From: Lytechinus pictus
Lineage: Eukaryota
NCBI RefSeq assembly: GCF_037042905.1
Contig: NC_087252.1
Coordinates: forward strand, 20,338,001-20,402,000
Length of the DNA: 64,000 nucleotides
Direction of reading: 5' to 3'
Below, in pieces: positions 26,601 to 38,600 of the stretch; positions within the stretch are counted from its first letter, which is position 1; each line of letters opens with the position of its first letter. The notes beneath the pieces were generated by a model that was given only the letters and a program-made list of their open reading frames with translations, was not told where the DNA came from and did no database searches. Both the position numbers and the translations under genes were made by a program.

Positions 26601-29600
26601 TTGGGGGGGGAGGTAAGGCGACCGTAATCAGATCGATAAAAATATCATAACTGTCTCTACCACCCCCCCCCCCCCTCTTTCCTTATTTTTACGAGCGTGT
26701 AACACCTCAGTCACATTTTGATCTGATTTACGGCGGCCGTACGGTGGTCGAACACAGCCGTTTTATTCATTTCTATTCAAACTATTAGTAACCAACCCAC
26801 CTAGTATGATATAGCTATTTTTTAAAATCTTTAAAACGGCTGTTTTTTTTATTCACCGTTCTGCCACCATAGAGCAAATGTGACTGTAGTGTATCTGATA
26901 TAAAAAGGAAACATTTACAGAAAATAACAGAAAAGGAAGAGGAACAAAAATAACCTATATAAATCCAAACAACTGACTCTTTTTCTCCATAATGTCCCTC
27001 AACGCCCCCACTCCCAAGACAGAGCTCCCTGTCCAGAGCATTCTCCCATAGCGTATTTCTTTGTTACGTACGAAGAGGGGGGGGGGGGGGAGAAAAAGAA
27101 ATATGAGAACATGATCGAGTAAGGTCGACATTCAGTGGGAACAATAAAGGTGAACATATTCTCGTGGGAGAATGATCTGGTAAGGACAGCTAGGTGTGGT
27201 TTTTTCTGGGGGGCGGTAATTAAGATCGAAAAATGAAAAATAAATAATCATCACTATTTTTTTTTGGGGGGGGGGGTAGGTATAAAAAATTTAAGGGGGT
27301 TGAGTTGAGCCCCTGTTACCCCCCCCCCCCCCTCCCCCGCGTACGCCACTGGAGCCTGCAACAGGCCTCTACCTCGGTCACATTTGTTTATACGACGGCC
27401 GTTTTATTCATTTTTATTCAAACCACGGATCTATTTAAAATGTTAAGACGGGCGTTTTTTTTTTACTCGTCGGACGGCCTTTGCATGAGCAAATGTTCCG
27501 AGGTAGTAGGTTGCCAAAATTAAGAGACAGAGCTCATGACATGATTATCAGTTCGATGAATTAGATGTCAAATATCACCATACTCTAGATCAAATTTAAA
27601 GTAACTTAGTAAGGAATCAAATCATAACAATGCAACAATAATCTAACAATAAAAATATCTGCATTCTGCTCTTCTTCGAGCTTGATGACTTCACAAATAA
27701 ATGGCACACAAGCAATATCTGAAAACAATTTAAATACTACTTTTCCCTCTCTGTTTTCTCTCATTTCCTTGACTCACTCACGCTTTCTTTCTGTTCTATC
27801 AATGTTCGATGGACGTACATTAAAAGTGACTTTAACTGGGTGGAAATATTTCGGGACCGAGATCATTTATTGAATAACGGCGCGGGACAGCGACGTCTTT
27901 TACAAGACTATATTTTGGGGTCATCGGACTTACGCGATGCGCCAGCGCGATCACCTGATATTTTCGCGCAGCTGTCTCCGTCCCAAACTGTCTAAAACTG
28001 GCCGCAAAGCTTTATTGACACAAAGCAGCGCGGACGGAGTCAATGGGGAAATTGAACGTTTTGGGCCAAGTTTGAACCCTTTTTTTCTAATTTCATTTAC
28101 ATGTTGGAATAACAAGACTTGTCTGAATGGTTTAGTACCACTTATTTTAATCAAGTAAGTGATTTTAATATTATAAAACGAAGGAGATTTTTTTTTGTTG
28201 TCTTCATTGGGGTCCCTATTTTTATAGTGATGATCATGATGATGAAAATAGAAAAGTTAAGAATAATTACCTGGCTCTTGTGTTCACACAAGGCTTGAGA
28301 GACCCTGTGGATTACTCTAGACACAGTGCTTCGGTGAATGCGATGGATGTTGGCATCACTTTCTAATACCGATCCGGTCGCGAAGAAATTGAGGCTGATC
28401 AAAACTTGGAGTGTCGGGTGGATTGCCTGGTTGCGTTCGGTGGGTGGTGCGATTTGATTGGTAAGAAGATTGATTATGAAGAATATTGCCTCGCGACCGA
28501 ATCGGTACCTCTTCAGCAACTGTGTCTCGGTGAGAGAGTCAAGGGGTTGCTCCCTGTCTCTTAATACACGGCCAGGATGTGGCTGAACTTCCTCAGCTTC
28601 TGCTGCAGCTGCTACTAGTATGGCTGCCATATTGTTGCTATGGATTTACTGCAACTTGCGTATGATCACTGATCAAACGCAAAGTTGCGTTTGATCAAGG
28701 AGAGTTGCGCTTGATAGTTGCGTTAGAAATCAAACGCATCTCTTTTCTGCAACAGAGTTGCGATCTAACGCAAAGTTGCGTAAGATTCAGGGGACTTGCG
28801 TTTGATTTTTGGAGTTGCGTTTAAACGCAACTCTTTCTGCAACGGGCCCCTGATCTCTAAAGCCGGGGTGCGATTCATCGCATCCGTTGTTATAATGAAC
28901 CTCTGACTGATTACGAATGTTGTTGCTGATTAGGCGTATGCAGAGCATCAGAAAAAAAAAAAACAAGTCCAGGAAAACTGTTCCTTTGTAAATGAGATAC
29001 GCCTTGGTATATAGTTGCTAACGTGATCAAATGAATAGTTTACAAACTCCAATGCTCTTATCGTTTAACGAAATTCAAGCCGCTATTCTGATTCACCTGT
29101 GTTCACAAAGAAAGGTTAACAGAATGATGGCTCTTCATCATTATATGACATAAATGTTCATTATCTTTTGAGCAGGAAACTCTTCAGTTGATTTTCTCAA
29201 ACTGCTAATGAACCTTTACCTTTCTTTCTTTCTTTACATGACAACGAATTCAAGGACCAGAATTGGCATCAGCAACAAATCTAGTCTCGTGGCATCCATT
29301 TACGGGAGGAGTTCGTGTGCCGTCGTATGGGATCGGAAAGTACAACCTTACGGAAGACTTTTCCTTAGTGATCCATGACGTCGAGGATGATGACGCAGGA
29401 CGGTACATATGTAGACTATCCGACTTCAGAGGTTATGAGCTCAGCAATCACACTGTGGCCACAGTTAAAGGTAGGAACCGATGCTAATTGTGTCTCTCAT
29501 TATGCTCATTAATAAACATAATATAAATTATCAATAAGAGAACAAAATTATATTGAAACTGTGCTATTAGTATACGAAAATATGAAAAGGCTGAAAATAA

Positions 29601-32600
29601 TATGAATTGAACAGATATAGACAAATTATTCAAACAAAACACTGAAAATTTCATCAAAATGGGATAAAGAATACATTTGAAAGCTTTGCAGTATTCCGGT
29701 GAAACAGTTCTAGGCATGTCTTCTTGAATATTCAATGAGCAAACTGATGATGTCATATCCCCACTTGTTGTTTTGTATTTGTTATATAAAATTACATTTA
29801 TTCAATTTTTCCCCCAAGAACTAACAAAAGATGGATTGAAACGAATTTAATGCATGAGATATTCATTCAGCTGCAATTTATTCATCCTTAGAGAGACGTA
29901 TTATTCAGACTTGTGTGAAAAATGAATTAATTTTGATTCCGTAATAACATAAAAATCAAAGTGAGGCTATGGCATCGTCAGTCCAGCTAATGAATATTCA
30001 TGACGACCTGCATATCCATATAATCTTGATAGGACATTCCAGTTAAACCCCCATTCCACAGAGAGCAAGACCTCTGAAAGAATGCTGTAAGACCATGAAA
30101 CTTGCTTGATCAATCAAAGGTCTTTCAACGAAATTTCATAGATATCTGAGGTCTTTTACGATTCCTGGTGGATCTTAAAGTGGTCTTCATGGTCTCCAAA
30201 ACTTTTTGAAACGGTTCAAAACAGTCTTTCAGCAGTCTTTTAGCAAAAATGGTCTGTTGATGGTCTTTCAGTGGTCTTTCAATGAACTTTTAAGGTTCTT
30301 ATTATTCTTTCCATGATCTTTCGGCAGTCTCTCAAGATTTTTGCGGAGATCACTGTAAGACTCATGAGAGATCATTGAAAGCTCATTCAAAGATCATTGA
30401 AAGACCAGGCAAAGTCCATCGAAAGAATTCTGAAAGATCACTTGTTGCATAAAATATCTCTGAAAGACCATCAAAAGATCTCTATAAGACTAGTCTAAGC
30501 CCAGTAAGACAAAAAGTACCAATCACTTTATCAGAGTTCTTTGAGGGATCTTTTTGAGCCATTCCACAGGGATGACAAGTTTCAGTGATCTTGAAGACTG
30601 CTGTAAGACCTTGCAAATATTTGGTCTTTGAAAGGTCCTTCGAAGGTCTCACTTCTGTGGAATGGGGGCCTTGGCGATTAATCGCTAACCGGTGCTTAAC
30701 GTGGCCCATGAGTATGTTTCACCGATGTAACTGTGCCATGATAATATATATATTGTTACAGTTTATGTGATCTTCACTTGTTAATCGTAGTTCCACCCCA
30801 GAAACCATTCCCAGCAATTGACCAATGCCCATCAGGATCGCCCGGAAGCGGAGAAAACCCGTGTACGCTGACAACCGAGATAGGTGACACGACTGAACTG
30901 ACATGTCATGCTCGGGGTGCGCCAAGAGACGTGATCTCGCTATCCTGGACCCTCAGAGGCAGAACTATCTCCAGCCAAGAACCGCACAGATATGCCAACC
31001 CCGACGGCCTGACGGAAGATTTGAAATTTACAATCGACGCAGCGCCAAGCACTGATCCGTACGTCTGCGCTGCCATTCTGCCGGCGACCACCCGAGAAAA
31101 TGCGACCGCCAGCGTTATAGTGAAACCAGCACCAATCATAACAACCACCGAATTTGTAATAACTACAAATGGAGATCCCGGTAATAGATCTTTAGGGAAA
31201 GGTATGGATTATGATATAGAACAGGTGGGTGTTTCATAAAGATGTGCGTAAGTTAAGAGCGACTTTAAGAACGACTGGTGATCCTTTCTTGTGGTACATG
31301 GTATTGAATTGGCGATGGTTTAGCGCTTAAGAAGGGTTCACCAGTCGTTCTTAAAGTCGCTCTTAACTTAAGAACAGCTTTATGAAACGTCCCCTGGGTA
31401 TTGCAGATTGGGTATTCATAGCCAATCTGAAACGGGTTATCCCTACAATACGAGTTCTAAAATATATTGTATCACTTTGATTGTTATGAAGGCTTATAGC
31501 TATTTGTTACATAAAATGACTTGATCATGTAAAGCATATCTTGTTTATATTTTGTGCATTTTTAATCGTGAATAAAACCAAACCAACAGATGTAACCTCT
31601 ATGTGATAATGTTGCACACGCTGCTGGGGAATTGATCATCCACTGTAAAAGATTTGTAGGCAAGTACTTACAAATGGCACTCCATAGTTCAACAAAGTAT
31701 TCAGACCACCGTTAAATAAATTGCAGTTTAAGATTTGGGTACCTGTCAATTATATTTCTATTAGAAGGAAACCTCGTTTCTCTGAATGTTAAAAATTTGT
31801 ATATATTAATATCAATATTAATTTTGTTGTACGTCAGTATTTGGAAACTGAATATCCAGCATTATTTTTGATCAAGTGACACGATGGTGTTATGTTCTTC
31901 GTGATATTGACTTCTATCGGCAAAATGATTAACAAACGAAGATATTTTGTCACTTGGTAAACGAATTTTGCAAACCAAATGTCATTCTTATAAAGATAGA
32001 AGAAATTAAAATGACAAGAGAGCACAATCACCATATACGGTTCCGTAGCACCGGTCTTTCTTATTCCGTTATGATTATGTTTCTGACGTAAATAAAAAAT
32101 GCCTGGACGAATCCCTTGACTTAAAAGCGTAGGGGATATTTGGAACACGGTCATGATATCTAATGATCATACCATTTTATTTGTTTCAGTTTATTTCCCT
32201 CAGTTTCTAACATGCGAAGTAATCATTAAAATTATTTTTGTTAATTGCAGTTGCCATCGCCATTATCGTCATCACCTTACTCATCGCCTCCAGTAAGTTG
32301 AAATAACTTGCCTAATACGCTTTCCAGATCCAAAAGTTTTTAAGAATAGTGTCACAACGAACGTCATAGTAATTCATGGAGATTCCATTTTCTAAATAAG
32401 TAAATGAAAACATGATGTACGCCATCGCGCGCACTTTAACCTTTGATGGCGATCTGTGATGTCGTCACTTTCATGGGAGAAAAAAGGAAAGTTGTTTGTT
32501 TAAAACACATCAACTTGTGTTATATCATCAAGCACACGATAAAGTCAAAGCTTAATATGATAAATGAAAACTTTAAAAGCATTAACTTTCGGATTTGCTT

Positions 32601-35600
32601 TGTTATCACTCTATGTAAAACTAATATGTTTAAAACTTTAGAAATATACATGTATCCTTTTTCAATCTTGTGTCCATGTCATACGAAATAATAACACAAG
32701 TACTCACATTTGTGTTCTTTTAATCTCAAAGTAATCGTCGTCTTCATTTGGAGGAGAATAAAGAAGAGTTATGAACCGTTAAATGGAGATAAGAAATTCA
32801 TTAAAGGTAATATATCCGTTATACTTTCTAGTTTTTCTCATGATGTATGTGATTGATAATCAATCATGGACGTCCAGTTTACCGCCATGGATAAACTCTT
32901 GATATATACGGAATGGAATTATTGAATTATATATTTTGCCCGGGTATTTTACGACCCAGTACCCATCATATTTCTGATTTGTGACCTTCTAAAGTGAATG
33001 AATCTTGCTCATGTTTTAGCTGACAACCATTTCGGTGAAAAAATTATTTCATGATTTTGATTGAGCATGCTGTTGCATTTAGAATTCCCATACAAATACC
33101 ACGAATTCATATGGTACCATTAGTGGTAGCATTAATTTTTGTAGGCGAGGTTATTCTGGGTTTTTTGTCTAGAATTAAAATAAAACGGTTTTACTATATA
33201 GGGGACCACGATAAAGGAACTTGCAACGGGACTTGCATTTTCATTTCAGGCCCTGTTTCGTATTTGGAGCTTTGGGAGTTTGTCGGAATGTGTGACCCTC
33301 TGGTCACGAAGAAGATTGTAGAAAGGATGGTGGAAAATCTTCAGACAGACTCAGGATTCGACGTCGTGCCCCCTAAGGCTGAGTTCTACTATGAACTCTG
33401 TAAATGGAAGGAGACAACAACAGGAGATTACAGTATTCTCTCCAGAGCCATAGAAGAAGTTGGGCCGAACGCCGAAATAATTATGCAGGGTAAATATATT
33501 CATGATATTGTTGTAACCAATTTGATATGTATGAATAAGCTCTGTGGACTTGAATTTGTTGAAAATGTGTCAAATGTTATTTCATAATCTATAGCCTTGC
33601 TTTTTTCAAAGCGTCGATGTCAACTACTCAATTGATTTTAAACACGACCAATGGGGTTGTTGAGGGAACTGTGTATGCGCAAAGATAAATGGTCAAAAAT
33701 TGTGTTTAATTCAACTTTCAACATTTTTGGTAATGAAAATCTGAATTGATGAACGTCTCTGTTCAATCGAATAAGAAAATAAGTGGATGAATAAACAATT
33801 AAACTTCATGTTAGCTTCGCAGAATGGCGATCCGTGATGGACAATCTACCACACACTACCGTTAAAGGAACAATCTAACCGCCCTTTCACTCGGTTAAAA
33901 CAAATCGTAATTGAATGATAAAAAAATAAGGCTAATGACGATTTTTTTTTTATGTACGTGTGAAACCAAACTAGAATCACGAACGCTAAACACAATGACG
34001 AATTCAAATTCTACTCCGGAGGTGAATTCCAGTAAAGTTTAACTCGAATTACGGTACGAATTTACGTGTGAAAGGCTTGACCTCCAAAAATCCATTCATT
34101 CGATAAATTTTAATTGATTGGAGTCGTTTAACATTCACTCCTAATTTATCTGATTTGAATATAAAGAATCAAGTGTTATGGAATAATTCATTGATCAAAG
34201 TAGATGGGAAAGTTATACATAAACAACTTTGGCTTCAAATGGGATCATCATTATTAAACATTTAATGGACAAACAAAACAATTTTCTCTCACATACAACT
34301 TTTTTTTACAAAAAACAAACTTAATTGTAATTTTCTTGACTTTTACTCATTGATTACTGCAATATAAATGGGTTACACTTCGTAATTCCGAAGGTTCTTT
34401 ATTCCGAAGGTTCATAATTCCGAAACACGTAAATTGCCTATACCTCGATGTTCGTTAATCCGAAAACGTAAAAGGGCTCGTTAATCCGAACATTTGTGGC
34501 GTTCTTCCGAAGGTTCGTTATTCCGAAGGTTCGATAATCCAAAAACGAAATAAGGTTCGTTGTTCAGAAGGTTTGTTAATCCGAAAACAAAATAAGGTTC
34601 GTTGTTCCAAAGGTTCGTTAGTCCGAAAACGAAATAAGGTTTGTTAATCATTTCGTTATCGGACTAACGAACCTTCGGAATTTCGAACCTCATTTTGTTT
34701 TCGGATTAACGAACCTTCGGAATTACGAACCTCACTTCGTTTTCGGACTAACGAACCTTCGGAATTACGAACCTTCGGAAATATGAACCTTCGGAATATC
34801 CGAACCTTCGGAATAACGAAGCTTCGGAATTACGAATGTATGCGTACCCAATGAATGGAAACATTTTCTTCAACATCTTGTTGAGAGTAGAACAACTCGA
34901 GAAGATTTGTTGTGTATTTTAAATAATGTTTTTAAGGTATACAAGTTTATCTATATAATTTATGTTGATAAAGTCTTAAAGTCCCCGACTTTGCAAACAA
35001 AATGGGCATCCATTTTAAATGATCCGGTTAATGATTGAAATAGATTGTATATGATTCCCCTTAAATGCTGTCTTTCAACTTAATTGTAATTTTCTTGACT
35101 ATTACTCATTGATTACTGCAATATAAATGGGTTACACTTCGTAATTCCGAAGGTTCTTTATTCCGAAGGTTCATAATTCCGAAACACGTAAATTGCCTAT
35201 ACCTCAATGTTCGTTAATCAGAAAACGTAAAAGGGCTCGTTAATCCGAACATTTGTGGCGTTCTTCCGAAGGTTCGTCATTCCGAAGGTTCGATAATCCA
35301 AAAACGAAATAAGGTTCGTTGTTCAGAAGGTTTGTTAATCCGAAAACAAAATAAGGTTCGTTGTTCCAAAGGTTCGTTAGTCCGAAAACGAAATAAGGTT
35401 TGTTAATCATTTCGTTATCGGACTAACGAACCTTCGGAATTTCGAACCTCATTTTGTTTTCGGATTAACGAACCTTCGGAATTACGAACCTCACTTCGTT
35501 TTCGGACTAACGAACCTTCGGAATTACGAACCTTCGGAAATATGAACCTTCGGAATAACGAACCTTCGGAATATCCGAACCTTCGGAATAACGAAGCTTC

Positions 35601-38600
35601 GGAATTACGAATGTATGCGTACCCAATGAATGGAAACATTTTCTTCAACATCTTGTTGAGAGTAGAACAACTCGAGAAGATTTGTTGTGTATTTTAAATA
35701 ATGTTTTTAAGGTATACAAGTTTATCTATATAATTTATGTTGATAAAGTCTTAAAGTCCCCGAGTTTGCAAACAAAATGGGCATCCATTTTAAATGATCC
35801 GGTTAATGATTGAAATAGATTGTATATGATTCCCTTTAAATGCTGTCTTTCAACTTAATTGTAATTTTCTTGACTATTACTCATTGATTACTGCAATATA
35901 AATGGGTTACACTTCGTAATTCCGAAGGTTCTTTATTCCGAAGGTTCATAATTCCGAAACACGTAAATTGCCTATACCTCGATGTTCGTTAATCCGAAAA
36001 CGTAAAAGGGCTCGTTAATCCGAACATTTGTGGCGTTCTTCCGAAGGTTCGTTATTCCGAAGGTTCGATAATCCAAAAACGAAATAAGGTTCGTTGTTCA
36101 GAAGGTTTGTTAATCCGAAAACAAAATAAGGTTCGTTGTTCCAAAGGTTCGTTAGTCCGAAAACGAAATAAGGTTTGTTAATCATTTCGTTATCGGACTA
36201 ACGAACCTTCGGAATTTCGAACCTCATTTTGTTTTCGGATTAACGAACCTTCGGAATTACGAACCTCACTTCGTTTTCGGACTAACGAACCTTCGGAATT
36301 ACGAACCTTCGGAAATATGAACCTTCGGAATATCCGAACCTTCGGAATAACGAAGCTTCGGAATTACGAATGTATGCGTACCCAATGAATGGAAACATTT
36401 TCTTCAACATCTTGTTGAGAGTAGAACAACTCGAGAAGATTTGTTGTGTATTTTAAATAATGTTTTTAAGGTATACAAGTTTATCTATATAATTTATGTT
36501 GATAAAGTCTTAAAGTCCCCGACTTTGCAAACAAAATGGGCATCCATTTTAAATGATCCGGTTAATGATTGAAATAGATTGTATATGATTCCCCTTAAAT
36601 GCTGTCTTTCAACTTAATTGTAATTTTCTTGACTATTACTCATTGATTACTGCAATATAAATGGGTTACACTTCGTAATTCCGAAGGTTCTTTATTCCGA
36701 AGGTTCATAATTCCGAAACACGTAAATTGCCTATACCTCAATGTTCGTTAATCAGAAAACGTAAAAGGGCTCGTTAATCCGAACATTTGTGGCGTTCTTC
36801 CGAAGGTTCGTCATTCCGAAGGTTCGATAATCCAAAAACGAAATAAGGTTCGTTGTTCAGAAGGTTTGTTAATCCGAAAACAAAATAAGGTTCGTTGTTC
36901 CAAAGGTTCGTTAGTCCGAAAACGAAATAAGGTTTGTTAATCATTTCGTTATCGGACTAACGAACCTTCGGAATTTCGAACCTCATTTTGTTTTCGGATT
37001 AACGAACCTTCGGAATTACGAACCTCACTTCGTTTTCGGACTAACGAACCTTCGGAATTACGAACCTTCGGAAATATGAACCTTCGGAATAACGAACCTT
37101 CGGAATATCCGAACCTTCGGAATAACGAAGCTTCGGAATTACGAATGTATGCGTACCCAATGAATGGAAACATTTTCTTCAACATCTTGTTGAGAGTAGA
37201 ACAACTCGAGAAGATTTGTTGTGTATTTTAAATAATGTTTTTAAGGTATACAAGTTTATCTATATAATTTATGTTGATAAAGTCTTAAAGTCCCCGAGTT
37301 TGCAAACAAAATGGGCATCCATTTTAAATGATCCGGTTAATGATTGAAATAGATTGTATATGATTCCCTTTAAATGCTGTCTTTCAACTTAATTGTAATT
37401 TTCTTGACTATTACTCATTGATTACTGCAATATAAATGGGTTACACTTCGTAATTCCGAAGGTTCTTTATTCCGAAGGTTCATAATTCCGAAACACGTAA
37501 ATTGCCTATACCTCGATGTTCGTTAATCCGAAAACGTAAAAGGGCTCGTTAATCCGAACATTTGTGGCGTTCTTCCGAAGGTTCGTTATTCCGAAGGTTC
37601 GATAATCCAAAAACGAAATAAGGTTCGTTGTTCAGAAGGTTTGTTAATCCGAAAACAAAATAAGGTTCGTTGTTCCAAAGGTTCGTTAGTCCGAAAACGA
37701 AATAAGGTTTGTTAATCATTTCGTTATCGGACTAACGAACCTTCGGAATTTCGAACCTCATTTTGTTTTCGGATTAACGAACCTTCGGAATTACGAACCT
37801 CACTTCGTTTTCGGACTAACGAACCTTCGGAATTACGAACCTTCGGAAATATGAACCTTCGGAATATCCGAACCTTCGGAATAACGAAGCTTCGGAATTA
37901 CGAATGTATGCGTACCCAATGAATGGAAACATTTTCTTCAACATCTTGTTGAGAGTAGAACAACTCGAGAAGATTTGTTGTGTATTTTAAATAATGTTTT
38001 TAAGGTATACAAGTTTATCTATATAATTTATGTTGATAAAGTCTTAAAGTCCCCGACTTTGCAAACAAAATGGGCATCCATTTTAAATGATCCGGTTAAT
38101 GATTGAAATAGATTGTATATGATTCCCCTTAAATGCTGTCTTTCAACTTAATTGTAATTTTCTTGACTATTACTCATTGATTACTGCAATATAAATGGGT
38201 TACACTTCGTAATTCCGAAGGTTCTTTATTCCGAAGGTTCATAATTCCGAAACACGTAAATTGCCTATACCTCAATGTTCGTTAATCAGAAAACGTAAAA
38301 GGGCTCGTTAATCCGAACATTTGTGGCGTTCTTCCGAAGGTTCGTCATTCCGAAGGTTCGATAATCCAAAAACGAAATAAGGTTCGTTGTTCAGAAGGTT
38401 TGTTAATCCGAAAACAAAATAAGGTTCGTTGTTCCAAAGGTTCGTTAGTCCGAAAACGAAATAAGGTTTGTTAATCATTTCGTTATCGGACTAACGAACC
38501 TTCGGAATTTCGAACCTCATTTTGTTTTCGGATTAACGAACCTTCGGAATTACGAACCACACTTCGTTTTCGGACTAACGAACCTTCGGAATTACGAACC

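Larger units (their letters stand above)
9998..28849. mobile_element. Apparently autonomous PIF/Harbinger DNA transposon (18,852 bp)
   Basis: TIR GGGCCTGTTGCAGAAAG (9998-10014) pairs with CTTTCTGCAACGGGCCC (28833-28849) at 16/17. TSD CTG at 9995-9997 and 28850-28852. Encodes both a transposase and a Myb/SANT-like protein. Subterminal TTGCG/CGCAA arrays at both ends. Confidence 0.93.

Noticed and set aside
19041..28630. Domesticated host gene HARBI1 (with NAIF1)
   Set aside because: It is enclosed by TIRs and a TSD together with its Myb partner, inside another gene's intron. A transposon fits better, so no gene symbol is given.
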